Below, piece after piece: positions 38,128 through 50,922 of a stretch of 64,000 nucleotides of DNA (the stretch's first letter is position 1; each line of letters begins with the position of its first letter). Made by a program: the position numbers and the translations under genes. This DNA is from Lingula anatina (lineage: Eukaryota; Animalia; Brachiopoda). Where the stretch lies: contig CM120642.1 in assembly GCA_051362555.1 (NCBI GenBank), forward strand, positions 22,134,001 through 22,198,000. The letters are read 5' to 3'. The notes below the pieces were generated by a model. The model ran no database searches and was not told where the DNA came from. It saw only the letters and a list, made by a program, of their open reading frames with translations.

Positions 38128-38483
38128 CAACTTTTTCGGGCATAACAGATAGGCTAAGATGAATGAATGTAAAGCACGTGGCTTTCTCGTGTAGTTCCGG
38201 TTTCACATCCCTCATGCATTGTGGGTATTTTATCTATTATTATTATTTTTTTTTATTCAAATTTCAAAATGCTACCTCGAAATTTCAAGATGAAATTTTT
38301 TTTGTTCAAATTTCAAAATGTTATCTCGAAATTTCGAGATAATTTTTTTTTTTTTTTGTTCAAATTTCAAAATGCTATCTCGAAATTTCGAGATAAAATT
38401 TTTTTGTTCAAATTTCAAAACACTATCTCGAAATTTCGAGATAAAAATTTTTTTTCAACATATGGCACCAGTCGGCTTCCGCA

Positions 38484-40868
38484 GTATACGGCTATGTTTT
38501 CACTTGTTTTTCTTGTTCATTCTCATTACACATTACTGTTATCACTGTTCATGTTGATATTTATTTTGATCACTGTGTATGTTTGTTGTCACTGTTTGTA
38601 TTTATTGTGAGTAATGTCTGTTTTGTCAATGTATTTGTTTGTAATCATTACTATTACTCTGTATGATAGTTATGCCACTGTATGTCTATGTGTCTGTTTA
38701 TATCCTGTTCTCTGTGTCTATTCTGTATTGTCACTGTATGTGTTTCCATGTATTGTGATCACTGTGTACAGCTATGTTTTCACTCTTTTTCCTTGTGTTA
38801 ATTCTCATTACGATGCATGTTACTGTTATAACTGTGCATGTTAATATTTATTTTGATCACTGTTCATGTTTGTGTCATTACTGTTGGTGTTTCTATTTAT
38901 TGTGAGCAATGTTTATGTCAGTCTTTTCTCTCTATATGTTTTTAATCATTATTATAACTGTTCATGTTTGTGTTGTTGCTGTAAGCATAGTTTGCATCTT
39001 TTTATATTCCAATTGCTGTTTCCATTCTCTTTTGTCATTGTATGTGTTTGTATATATATATTGTGATCACTGTGTACATGTATGTCTGTGTTTTCACCCC
39101 ATCACTGATCACTGTGTATGACTGTGCTATTACCTAATTAATTAGTGTTTATTCTGGTTACTGTGCATGGTTGCGTTGTCACTGTACATGTCAAAATTTA
39201 TTCTGATCACTGTGTTTGTCTGTATTGTGACTGTGTTTGTTTGTACTTATTTAAATCACTGTTCAGGTTTGTGTCATTACTGTTGGTGTTTCTATTTATT
39301 GTGAGCAATGTTTATGTCAGTTTTTTTCTCTATATATGTTTTTAATAATTATTATAATTGTTTATGTTTGTGTTTTTACTGTTTGTGTCTGCACATAATT
39401 CTGATGTGTCTGTTTATATTATGTTTGCTGTGTCTGTTATTCACTGTTTCTACTGAATGTCTTTGTATATATTGTGATGACTGTGTACAGCTATGTTTTC
39501 ACTCTTTTTCCTTGTGTTCATTTTCATTTTGATGCTTTTTACTGTTATAACAGCTACTTGGTTACTTTACATAGTGGTGTTGTCACTGTACATGTCAACT
39601 TATTCTTATCACTGTGTATTTGTATATTGTGACTGTGTTTGTTTGTATTTTTTTACATTACTGTTCATGTTTGTGTTGTCACTGTTCGTGTTTGTATTTA
39701 TTGTGAGTAATGTATATGTCTGTTTTGTCAATGTTTTTGTTTGTAATCATTGCTATTACTCTACATGATAGTACTGTTACTGTATGTCTACGTGTCTGTT
39801 TATATTCTGTTCTCTGTGTCTATTTTGTATTGTCACTGTATGTGTTTCCATGTATTGTGATCACTGTGTACAGCTATGTTTTCACTCTTTTTCCTTGTGT
39901 TAATTCTCATTACGATGCATGTTACTGTTATAACTGTGCATGTTAATATTTATTTTGATCACTGTTCATGTTTGTGTCATTACTGTTGGTGTTTCTATTT
40001 ATTGTGAGCAATGTTTATGTCAGTTTTTTCTCTATATATGTTTTTAATCTTTATTATAACTGTTCATGTTTGTGTTGTTGCTGTAAGCTTAGTTTGCATC
40101 TTTTTATGTTCCAATTGCTGTTTCCATTCTCTATTGTCATTGTATGTTTGTATATATATTGTGATCACTGTGTACATGTATGTCTGTGTTTTCACCCCAT
40201 CACTGATCACTGTGTATGACTGTGCTATCACCTAATTAATTAGTGTTTATTCTGGTTACTGTGCATGGTTGCGTTGTCACTGTACATGTCAAAATTAATT
40301 CTGATCACTGTGTATGTCTGTATTGTGACTGTGTTTGTTTGTATTTATTTACATTACTGTTCATGTTTGTGTCATTACTGTTGGTGTTTGTATTTATTGT
40401 GAGCAATGTGTATGTCAGATTTTGCACTCTATTTGTTTGTAACCATTACTATTGTGCTGAATGATGGTGTTGTCAATGTATGACTATGTGTCTGTTTATA
40501 TTCTGTTCTGAGAGAAAAAAATGACATAAACATTGCTCACAATGAATATTCTAATTACAGTGCACATTACTATTATCAATGTACATGTTTATATCTATTT
40601 TGAGAACTGTATGTTTCTGTCTATGTTTATGTTTGCCATGTTACTGTTTGTGTCTGCATATAATTCTGATCACTGTGTTAGTCTGTTAGTTTTTCTATTT
40701 GTTTGTAATCATTATCATTGCTCTGTATGTTTGTGTTGTCACTGTTTGTGTTTATATTCATTGTGATCACTGTATATGTTTGCGTCATTACTGTTGGTGT
40801 TTGTATTTATTATGAGCAGGGTGTATGTCATTTTTGTCACTCTATTTGTTTATAATCATTACTATTGT
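38484..40868 (+). repeat. Satellite; block duplicated at +5328 bp
   Basis: Identical pseudo-ORFs at 38866/44194, 39145/44473 and 39710/45038. Confidence 0.92.
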
Positions 40869-43784
40869 CTGGGCAGTCCCCCTAGCAGTCTGCTTTGGCA
40901 GCCCCCCTAGCAGTCTGCTTGGCAGTCCCCCTAGCAGTCTGCTTGGCAGCCCCCTTGGCAGTCTGCTTGGCAGTCCCTCTGGCAGTCTTAATTTGCATTT
41001 TTGGAACGCGCTGCCAGAGGGACTGCCTGGGCAGTCCCCCTAGTAGTCTGCTTTGGCAGCCCCCCTAGCAGTCTGCTTGGCAGTCTCCCTGGCAGTCTTA
41101 ATTTGCATTTTTGGAACGCGCTGCCAGAGGGACTGCTTGGGCAGTCCCCCTAGCAGTCTGCTTTGGCAGCCCCCCTAGCAGTCTGCTTGGCAGCCCCCCT
41201 AGCAGTCTGCTTGGCAGCCCCCCTAGCAGTCTGCTTGGCAGTCCCCCTAGCAGTCTGCTTTGGCAGCCCCCCTAGCAGTCTGCTTGGCAGTCTCCCTGGC
41301 AGTCTTAATTTGCATTTTTTGGAACGCGCTGCCAGAGGGACTGCCTGGGCAGTCCCCCTAGCAGTCTGCTTTGGCAGCCCCCCTAGCAGTCTGCTTGGCA
41401 GTCCCCCTAGCAGTCTGCTTGGCAGCCCCTTTGGAAGTCTGCTTGGCAGTCCCTCTGGCAGTCTTAATTTGCATTTTTGGAACGCACTGCCAGAGGGACT
41501 GCCTGGGCAGTCCCCCTAGTAGTCTGCTTTGGCAGCCCCCTAGCAGTCTGCTTGGCAGTCTCCCTGGCAGTCTTAATTTGCATTTTTGGAACGCGCTGCC
41601 AGAGGGACTGCATGGGCAGTCCCCCTAGCAGTCTGCTTTGGGAGCCCCCCTAGCAGTCTGCTTGGCAGCCCCCCTAGCAGTCTGCTTGGCAGCCCCCCCC
41701 TAGCAGTCTGCTTGGCAGTCCCCCTGGCAGTCTGCTTGGCAGCCCCCCTAGCAGTCTGCTTGGCAGCCCCTCTAGAAGTCTACTCTGCAGTCTCCCTAGG
41801 CAACTGGCAAAATAAAATTTGGTAAAATCTTTTTATTTATATATTTTATTTATTTATTTATTTTTTGTATATTCAAACAATAATTACATTTATCAAAAGG
41901 AATTTAGAAATAATCTTTCTCCAAAGTATGTGTTTAAATTCAAATCTAAATACAAAATTTCCCCTTGATCATAAAATGTATGTTATCTGATCCATTTATA
42001 TCTAACATATTGGTTTATTTCTCTCCATACAATTTACTTCAGTTTACTGCTTTACATTTATATATTTTTCTACAAAGCCCATATTAGCAGAGGGCTGGGA
42101 ATTCTACTGTATGTTATTTAATCATTCCAAAAACTCTATCACAGAATTCACTGACCAGGATTCATATATACAGACACATAACAGCAATATTTCAAGTAAT
42201 TTTTAAGGTTTTTTCAACTAATGAGGGCAAGTTATACACTAATACAATTTTAAAGTGTACATACCAAAGGAAAAAAGGCTCATTTCATTTAAACTTGGTA
42301 TTTTTAACACACTGCATGATGATGAAATGTACAGAGATGTTTTAAAAGGTAATTATCCTCATCTGTGAATTATTGTTGATATTCATGCCAAAAACTAAAG
42401 AATTTAAAATAAGATTTTTACAAGGACCAAAATGGTTAAATGCAAACCTTTTTCTAGCCTAATAGCAATTCCAAGTACTTTTCAAAACCACAAACAGAAT
42501 TCAAAGTGCTGGGTTAAAATTGAACACTTTCCAAGGCTCTATGGATCCTGGTGCATCAGTAAACTATACATGTAGGAAAATACAAAACCAAAAAGGCTTG
42601 CATGCTCACTTCTTATCCTGTCTCTTTATCTCTTCATTTTTCTTTCTATATTTCCTAAAAATGTCTTTTTTTTCAATCCAGAAATCAATGTTTTCAGATT
42701 TCTTGCCTCTTCCTTAGAACATTCCTGACCTATAGCTTCTGGCTTAGATATTTGAATCAGCCCAACGGACTACTGCCTGTTTAAACTGTGCTATGTACTG
42801 TCCAGTATAGTAATTTGATCACATTGAGCAAGCTGTAGGCGGACTGTTTATATCAAACTGACAGTTAAGATAAACATGCCCCTAACTTGAAATGAATTTG
42901 GTCTATTGAAAGTTACCAGTTGATTTTAAGTCCAACTTAATTGATGCTAACTGTGAGGTTTAAAATTTATACATTGTGCAATTGTATATTAAAATAAGAC
43001 TTCAATCATTTGTCTAATTTCAATGATAATAATAGCAATGATTAAGCATATAATATTTTCACAGCATTATTTAAAAAATATAAATCTGTTCACTCAGTTA
43101 TTTTTTATAGGTGAAGTAAATGTACTATATATGAGTGTATATATAGCTTGGAGGATTAAAGCCAACAACTGCTTTTAACCCAAACAATTTTAAAGTCATT
43201 TTGACAAGCTCTTAATAAAAAGAAAATGTTTTCTTTTAAGCCTGATAACTGATCAAAAGATTAGCATACATGCTTCTCAGTTGTGAATAGAAACACTTTT
43301 TAAGTAACTATTGGGTTTTTTATTGCATACGTTGGGCAATGTTAAAAATGTCAGTTATTGCAGCCTCCTTTGCAGTCCCGTGCAAAATATTTAAGTTATT
43401 GCAGCCCCCTTTGCAGTCTCCTGCAAAAATGCCTAAGTTATTGCAGCCTCCTATACAGTCCCCTGCAAAATGTTGAAGTTATTGAAGCCCCCTTTGCAGT
43501 CCCCTGCAAAAATGCCTAAGTTATTGCAGCCTCCTTTGCAGTCCCCTGCAAAATGTTGGAAGTTATTGAAGCCCCCTTTGCAGTCCCCTGCAAAATGTTT
43601 AAGTTATTGCAGCCTCCTTTGCAGTCCCCTGCAAAAATATTTAAGTTATTGCAGCCCTCTTTGCAGTCTGCCTGCTCAAGGAGACTGCACACTGATGCCC
43701 CAGACTGCAAAAGGACAGTCTCCCTGGCAGTCTCTCTGGCAGCCTGGGCTCCTGTGGGCAGCCGGGGCTCCCATTCTAGCTGGG
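40869..43784. mobile_element. Truncated non-autonomous CCCAG-ended (EnSpm/CMC-like) DNA transposon with subterminal minisatellites
   Basis: The right end ...CCATTCTAGCTGGG gives a CCCAG terminus. A ~24-bp GGCAGYCCCCYAGCAGTCTGCTT array spans 40869-41810 and a ~45-bp AAGTTATTGCAGCC...GCAGTCCCCTGCAAAA array spans 43353-43670. The interior is AT-rich, and the left terminus and TSD are absent. Confidence 0.6.
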
Positions 43785-46284
43785 TGGTTACTTTACATGG
43801 TTGTGTTGTCACTGTACATGTCAACTTATTCTGATCACTGTGAATGTCTGTATTGTGACTGTGTTTGTTTGTATTTATTTGCATTACTGTTCACGTTTGT
43901 GTTGTCACTGTTCGTGTTTGTATTTATTGTGAGTAATGTGTATGTCTGTTTTGTCAATGTATTTGTTTGTAATCATTACTATTACTCTGTATGATAGTTA
44001 TGCCACTGTATGTCTATGTGTCTGTTTATATCCTGTTCTCTGTGTCTATTCTGTATTGTCACTGTATGTGTTTCCATGTATTGTGATCACTGTGTACAGC
44101 TATGTTTTCACTCTTTTTCCTTGTGTTAATTCTCATTACGATGCATGTTACTGTTATAACTGTGCATGTTAATATTTATTTTGATCACTGTTCATGTTTG
44201 TGTCATTACTGTTGGTGTTTCTATTTATTGTGAGCAATGTTTATGTCAGTCTTTTCTCTCTATATGTTTTTAATCATTATTATAACTGTTCATGTTTGTG
44301 TTGTTGCTGTAAGCATAGTTTGCATCTTTTTATATTCCAATTGCTGTTTCCATTCTCTTTTGTCATTGTATGTGTTTGTATATATATATTGTGATCACTG
44401 TGTACATGTATGTCTGTGTTTTCACCCCATCACTGATCACTGTGTATGACTGTGCTATTACCTAATTAATTAGTGTTTATTCTGGTTACTGTGCATGGTT
44501 GCGTTGTCACTGTACATGTCAAAATTTATTCTGATCACTGTGTTTGTCTGTATTGTGACTGTGTTTGTTTGTACTTATTTAAATCACTGTTCAGGTTTGT
44601 GTCATTACTGTTGGTGTTTCTATTTATTGTGAGCAATGTTTATGTCAGTTTTTTTCTCTATATATGTTTTTAATAATTATTATAATTGTTTATGTTTGTG
44701 TTTTTACTGTTTGTGTCTGCACATAATTCTGATGTATCTGTTTATATTATGTTTGCTGTGTCTGTTATTCACTGTTTCTACTGAATGTCTTTGTATATAT
44801 TGTGATGACTGTGTACAGCTATGTTTTCACTCTTTTTCCTTGTGTTCATTTTCATTTTGATGCTTTTTACTGTTATAACAGCTACTTGGTTACTTTACAT
44901 AGTGGTGTTGTCACTGTACATGTCAACTTATTCTTATCACTGTGTATTTGTATATTGTGACTGTGTTTGTTTGTATTTTTTTACATTACTGTTCATGTTT
45001 GTGTTGTCACTGTTCGTGTTTGTATTTATTGTGAGTAATGTATATGTCTGTTTTGTCAATGTTTTTGTTTGTAATCATTGCTATTACTCTACATGATAGT
45101 ACTGTTACTGTATGTCTACGTGTCTGTTTATATTCTGTTCTCTGTGTCTATTTTGTATTGTCACTGTATGTGTTTCCATGTATTGTGATCACTGTGTACA
45201 GCTATGTTTTCACTCTTTTTCCTTGTGTTAATTCTCATTACGATGCATGTTACTGTTATAACTGTGCATGTTAATATTTATTTTGATCACTGTTCATGTT
45301 TGTGTCATTACTGTTGGTGTTTCTATTTATTGTGAGCAATGTTTATGTCAGTTTTTTCTCTATATATGTTTTTAATCTTTATTATAACTGTTCATGTTTG
45401 TGTTGTTGCTGTAAGCTTAGTTTGCATCTTTTTATGTTCCAATTGCTGTTTCCATTCTCTATTGTCATTGTATGTGTTTGTATATATATTGTGATCATTG
45501 TGTACATGTATGTCTGTGTTTTCACCCCATCACTGATCACTGTGTATGACTGTGCTATCACCTAATTAATTAGTGTTTATTCTGGTTACTGTGCATGGTT
45601 GCGTTGTCACTGTACATGTCAAAATTAATTCTGATCACTGTGTATGTCTGTATTGTGACTGTGTTTGTTTGTATTTATTTACATTACTGTTCATGTTTGT
45701 GTCATTACTGTTGGTGTTTGTATTTATTGTGAGCAATGTGTATGTCAGATTTTGCACTCTATTTGTTTGTAACCATTACTATTGTGCTGAATGATGGTGT
45801 TGTCTATGTATGACTATGTGTCTGTTTATATTCTGTTCTGAGAGAAAAAAAATGACATAAACATTGCTCACAATGAATATTCTAATTACAGTGCACATTA
45901 CTATTATCAATGTACATGTTTATTTTTATTTTGAGCACTGTGTATGTTCGCGTTGTTACTGTTTGTGTCTGCATATAATTCTGATCACTGTGTTAGTCTG
46001 TTTGTTTTTCTATTTGTTTGTAATCATTATCATTGCTGTGCATGTATGTGTTGTCATTGTTTGGGTTTGTTTTTATTGTGATCACTGTGTATGTTTGTGT
46101 TATTATTGTTAGTGTTTGTATTTATTATTAGCAATGTGTATGTCAGTTTTGTCCCTCTATTTGTTTATCATTATAACTATAGCGCTCAATGCTGAGTGTT
46201 GTCAATGTATGTCTATGTGTCTATTTATATTCTTTTTTCTGTCTATTCTGTATGCTTACTAAATGTGTTTGTATATATTGTGAT
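43785..46284 (+). repeat. Satellite
   Basis: Same monomer motifs. Confidence 0.92.
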
Positions 46285-46386
46285 TGTTAAGGGATACTCC
46301 CTCTTATTGATACTTGTTATATAATAAACGCTCCCAGGGCACTTCCGGTTCAGTTATATCCACGTGTTTGACTTATTTCATTAACA
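46285..46386 (+). repeat. 5' LTR
   Basis: TG...CA ends, contains tatataataaa (TATA/polyA-like), identical to the 3' LTR. Confidence 0.95.
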
Positions 46387-46397
46387 TGGTGTCAGAA
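46387..46397 (+). promoter_or_regulatory. Primer binding site TGGTGTCAGAA (tRNA-Leu type, typical of Mag elements)
   Basis: It lies directly after the 5' LTR and starts TGG. The same PBS occurs at 61149. Confidence 0.8.
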
Positions 46398-46574
46398 TTT
46401 CGTGCTCACGTCTACATAAGCTGAAGACACGATTTCTAAAGTGGTCAAGAACTAAGTTAAAGGACCAGAGAAACAGAAGAAGTTACAAACTGGACAGATT
46501 TAACAAGCAAATACTGCTGATTGTGACCTGAAAGTAGAACTGCAGAAACTGTGTATTTGTTACATAGATTAATC

Positions 46575-49500
46575 ATGTCTACCAGTACTAGTACACCCCC
46601 AGTTACCCCTGCAACAGCGAATTTGTTACCTCCGCCACAGCCTATGGACGTGAAGGGACATTGTGCAACTAACTGGCAATTTTTTAGAGACACATGGAAG
46701 AATTATGAAATTGCAACAGAACTAAATCTTAAGTCAGAAGAGATAAGAGTAGCTACCTTACTTACGGTCATGGGCAAAGACTGTTTTCAAATATTTCAGA
46801 ATTTAGCCCTTAGTGATGATGATCGCAAGGACTCTAAAATAATACTGGAAGCTTTGACAAATCATTTTGAGCCACAACGCAACATTGTTTATGAGAGATA
46901 CGTGTTTAATACTTGTACACAAGAGCCCAGTGAAGGGATTGATGCCTATGTGAACAGGCTGCGGAAACTCAGTGCCACTTGCAAGTATGGGACGCTTTTA
47001 GATGAAATGATCAGAGACCGTATTGTGATAGGGGTGAGAGACTCTGTTGTCCGGGCTAGATTGTTGCGTGAAAAGGACCTTACATTAGCAAAGTGTATTG
47101 ACACGTGTCGTGCGAGTGAAATGACGACGCAGCAACTTAAAGCCATAGATGGTGAGGTCGAAACTGTGCATGCTGTGAAACAAAAAATGAAAAAAGCCGG
47201 GACAAAGATGAAGACGGCAGTATCTGAACACAAGACAGACAAGAAAGGAGAGCAAAAACAGAAGAGCCATTCGGATTGTAGCTACTGCGGGACGCAACAT
47301 CCCAAGCGTCAATGCCCAGCATGGGGTCGCCGCTGTAAGAAGTGTGGACGTCTAAATCATTTCGCTAGCATGTGTAGGTCACAAGGGGCCAAAGTCCACC
47401 AAGTCGATAATTCTGATCCTGAAGATAGCGACTCCGAATCGTCAGTATTCACAGTTAAAACCGGCAGGACCACATATCTTGTTGAACCATCAGTCCAATA
47501 CAAGAGAAGCAGCTCTTGGATGCCACAAGTATTCCAATTAGACAATGGAGCAGGTGTAAACTGTTTGAGATATGAGGATTGCTGTCGCATAATGAGCACT
47601 AATGAGCCAGTCTTGAAGAAAAGCAGCAAGAGACTAACCTCATACAGTGGTAACCGTGTTGAGAATATGGGGCAGGTGACACTTAACATGAGAATAAACA
47701 ACCGTGAAGAATACGTAAAGTTTCTTGTAGTGAAAAATGTCACTTGTTCGTTACTCAATGGAGAGACGTCAGAGAGATTTGGTCTGATGAAGATAAAGAG
47801 AGATGTTCTCATCAACGTTGTTAGCACGGAACTGTCAGAGGATGATATCTTCGCCAAGTATAATGATGTGTTTAGTGGTTTAGGTGACCTAGGAGAATAC
47901 CACATTGAGCTGGACCCTAGGGTTATACCAAAACAAGACTCACCAAGGTCCGTACCAGTAGCTTTGAGAAAAGAGCTAAAAGAAAAGCTGGCGAGCATGG
48001 TGAAACAAGGCATCATTGAGAGGGTAAATCAGCCAACGGATTGGATAAGCTCGATGGTGGCGGTGAGGAAGCCAGGCAAGTTTAGAATCTGCCTAGACCC
48101 AAAAGAACTCAACAAAGCTGTAAAGATTCCAAAATTCAAACTTCCAACCTTGGAGGAAGTAAGTGCAAACTTGACTAATGCAAAAGTATTTAGCGTTATA
48201 GATGCTAGAGATGGTTTCCTTCAGGTGAGATTAGATGAGGAGTCCAGCCTTCTTACGACATTCAATACGCCATTTGGCAGGTATCGTTGGCGACGTTTAC
48301 CATTCGGCATCTCATCAGCCCCGGAAGAGTTCCAGAGGCGAGTTATAGACCTACTGGACGGTCTTGACGGAGTCCAGACCATCGCAGACGACATCCTGGT
48401 GTATGGTAAAGGAGATACCTCTGAGGAAGCGATCAAGAATCATGACGAAAATATGATAGCACTATTAGAGAGATGTCGTGAGAGGAACTTCAAAATGAAC
48501 AAGACTAAGCTTCGATTCAAATTGAACTCGGTTACTTATCACGGGCACGTGATCTCAGATGAAGGTTTGAAAGCAGATCCATTGAAGGTGCAGGCCATAG
48601 TAGAAATGGAAAGGCCGGAGAACGCTAAAGCGGTGAAAAGACTACTTGGCATGGTGAATTACCTGGCCAAGTTCTGCCCTCATTTATCAACAGTGAGCGA
48701 ACCACTGAGACGCTTGACGACTGAAGATGCACCCTTTATATGGTCAGATCAGCATGAGCAGACGTTCTGTACATTGAAACAAATGTTGACAATGACCCCA
48801 GTTTTGAGATACTATAGCCTAACAGAGGAAGTTACAGTAGAAGCCGATAGCAGCGATTACGGGTTAGGTGCAGTCTTACTGCAAGCTGGACAACCTGTAG
48901 CTTTTGCATCAAGGGCATTGTCCAAAACAGAGCGCAACTATTCTCAGATGGAAAAAGAATGTTTGGCCATAACATTTGCATGTAACCGTTTCGATCAGTA
49001 TCTCCATGGCCGAGACTATATCACAGTACTCACGGATCACCAAAACCTAGAGACAATATTCAAGAAACCAATCTTGGCTGCCCCAAAGCGACTTCAACGC
49101 ATGCGCCTCAGGCTACAGAAATACCATATTGAGGTGAAGTACCAGCGTGGTAAAAAGATGTATATCTCTGATGCATTATCTAGAGCAACTGCGTCCAAGT
49201 CAGTAACTACCAAGGAGAACTCAGATTACGAGATTTACGCAGTAGAATCCGAGCAGAAGTTGGCCAAAGAAGTCGAGGAGATTGATTACTCGCAGTACAA
49301 CAATGTGTCCGATGAGTCTCTGGAGCAAGTAAAGACTCATACACTTCGGGATGACGCTATGCAGTCACTGCTGATCCTAGTCATGGAAGGATGGCCTAGT
49401 GACAAAACTCAAGTTCCCCTGTTATGCCGTGAATACTGGCCATATAGAGACGAGTTATCCTGTCAAGATGGCATCCTCTATCGAGGCACCAGAGTAGTAA

Positions 49501-50684
49501 TTCCTACTATCTTACGTAAACAGATGCTGGAGAGAGTCCATGCAACTCATCAAGGAACAGAGACAGCTATACGTAAAGCTAGAGATGCGATTTTCTGGCC
49601 TCAGATCAGCAATGACATTCGCAATGTGGTAGCAACTTGCAACGTCTGTCAGGAAAATCAGCCTCGCCAACAGAAAGAGCCAATGCATTCTCAGCCTATA
49701 CCCAAGGAGCGATTTGAAATCGTCAGCAGTGATTTATTTTCCATTCAAGGGGAACATTATTTGCTGCTTGTAGATCATTTCTCAAAGTACTGGGAGATCA
49801 CTCAACTCAGTGACACTACTTCAGAAGCAGTGATCAATGAATTGAAGCAGCAGTTTGCTCGACATGGCATTCCAAAGCTGTTTATCTCTGACAACGGGCC
49901 TCAATATCAGTGTCAGCAATTCCGAGAGTTCACCGAGGCGTGGAAGATTAACCATCATACATCATCTCCCCACCACCCCAGTGGTAACGGCACAGCTGAG
50001 GCAGCTGTTAAAGTGGCAAAGACCCTGATCAAGAGAACAAAACAAGACGGTACCGATTTGTGGTTAGCAGTTTTAGAGCACAGAAACACGCCAGCCGCAG
50101 ACAACACGGGGAGTGCAGCACAAAAGTTGATGAGTAGGCGCACTAGATCGCTCATTCCCGTACGCTGTGACAAGCTAGAGCCAAAAGTAGTACCAAAAGA
50201 CCAGGTATTTCAGAAACAAGTAAACCAGAAGAGAATAGCAAAGAAGTGTTATGACAAAGGAAGCAAGGAACTGCCTCCTCTGGTTATCGGACAGCCTGTG
50301 CGTACCAATCTAAGGCCGCAATCGTCAGTCTCATGGTCTGCTGGCAGAATAGTGGAGAAACTCGCCCCTCGATCCTATCTAGTGGAGCAAGACAACAAAA
50401 TTTACCGCAGGAACCGTAGTCACCTCAGACCTAGTCGAGAGGTCACCACTCCAAACCAATCCCGGGGGACAGTAGCTGCAGAAACACCAGAGGTACCGAT
50501 TAAACCCACTGACGTTACCAGCGAACCAATTATGATACCCAGTCCCATAAAGTCAACTCCCAGTACGCCGTGCAAAACTACACCTCCACCACAGAGCAGT
50601 GAAGAGGAGGTCCATACCACTCGGTTCGGTAGACTCTTGAAGAAGCCAAAATACTTAGGAGATTATGTTGTGTATTCTAAGTGA
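46575..50684 (+). CDS. Gag-Pol polyprotein (Gag, two Zn knuckles, protease, RT, RNase H, integrase)
   Basis: Knuckles CSYCGTQHPKRQC and CKKCGRLNHFASMC; protease LDNGA; RT RLPFGISSAPEEFQ and IADD; RNase H ADSSDYGLG, EKECLAI and TDHQ; integrase HHCC plus SDLF, SDNGPQY and NGTAE. First ATG at 46575. Confidence 0.96.
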   Translation: MSTSTSTPPVTPATANLLPPPQPMDVKGHCATNWQFFRDTWKNYEIATELNLKSEEIRVATLLTVMGKDCFQIFQNLALSDDDRKDSKIILEALTNHFEPQRNIVYERYVFNTCTQEPSEGIDAYVNRLRKLSATCKYGTLLDEMIRDRIVIGVRDSVVRARLLREKDLTLAKCIDTCRASEMTTQQLKAIDGEVETVHAVKQKMKKAGTKMKTAVSEHKTDKKGEQKQKSHSDCSYCGTQHPKRQCPAWGRRCKKCGRLNHFASMCRSQGAKVHQVDNSDPEDSDSESSVFTVKTGRTTYLVEPSVQYKRSSSWMPQVFQLDNGAGVNCLRYEDCCRIMSTNEPVLKKSSKRLTSYSGNRVENMGQVTLNMRINNREEYVKFLVVKNVTCSLLNGETSERFGLMKIKRDVLINVVSTELSEDDIFAKYNDVFSGLGDLGEYHIELDPRVIPKQDSPRSVPVALRKELKEKLASMVKQGIIERVNQPTDWISSMVAVRKPGKFRICLDPKELNKAVKIPKFKLPTLEEVSANLTNAKVFSVIDARDGFLQVRLDEESSLLTTFNTPFGRYRWRRLPFGISSAPEEFQRRVIDLLDGLDGVQTIADDILVYGKGDTSEEAIKNHDENMIALLERCRERNFKMNKTKLRFKLNSVTYHGHVISDEGLKADPLKVQAIVEMERPENAKAVKRLLGMVNYLAKFCPHLSTVSEPLRRLTTEDAPFIWSDQHEQTFCTLKQMLTMTPVLRYYSLTEEVTVEADSSDYGLGAVLLQAGQPVAFASRALSKTERNYSQMEKECLAITFACNRFDQYLHGRDYITVLTDHQNLETIFKKPILAAPKRLQRMRLRLQKYHIEVKYQRGKKMYISDALSRATASKSVTTKENSDYEIYAVESEQKLAKEVEEIDYSQYNNVSDESLEQVKTHTLRDDAMQSLLILVMEGWPSDKTQVPLLCREYWPYRDELSCQDGILYRGTRVVIPTILRKQMLERVHATHQGTETAIRKARDAIFWPQISNDIRNVVATCNVCQENQPRQQKEPMHSQPIPKERFEIVSSDLFSIQGEHYLLLVDHFSKYWEITQLSDTTSEAVINELKQQFARHGIPKLFISDNGPQYQCQQFREFTEAWKINHHTSSPHHPSGNGTAEAAVKVAKTLIKRTKQDGTDLWLAVLEHRNTPAADNTGSAAQKLMSRRTRSLIPVRCDKLEPKVVPKDQVFQKQVNQKRIAKKCYDKGSKELPPLVIGQPVRTNLRPQSSVSWSAGRIVEKLAPRSYLVEQDNKIYRRNRSHLRPSREVTTPNQSRGTVAAETPEVPIKPTDVTSEPIMIPSPIKSTPSTPCKTTPPPQSSEEEVHTTRFGRLLKKPKYLGDYVVYSK

Positions 50685-50887
50685 TGGGTCAGAATAATAC
50701 CCATGGCAGAAAAGGGTGAGAGGCAGTCTACCTCAATGACCCCATTGTAAAATAGTAGTTTGTTTTTTTAGTTATAGTATAATGTTTTGAGTAGTGCTCC
50801 ATATTACAAAGTCAGGACAATATAAACCAGAAAGTGACTTAAGTTGATCTTAGAACATAATTAAACATATGATATGGACTTGTTCAG

Positions 50888-50922
<35 letters not shown>

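Larger units (their letters stand above)
26614..38483. mobile_element. IS3EU-type DNA transposon (~11.9 kb) with long TIRs
   Basis: Termini are TACGGAAGCCGACTGGTGCCATATG ... CATATGGCACCAGTCGGCTTCCGCA. The 6-bp TSD is gtgtac/gtatac, where the satellite consensus is ctGTGTACggct. TAYGG ends, a 6-bp TSD and an IS3-like integrase fit the IS3EU superfamily. Confidence 0.85.

Noticed and set aside
40825-43994. Repetitive ORFs (AAPLAVCL, LQPPLQSPAK)
   Set aside because: They are translations of subterminal minisatellites.
46946-50620. Antisense ORFs within the Gypsy gag-pol
   Set aside because: They are shadow frames of a long coding sequence with no independent motifs.
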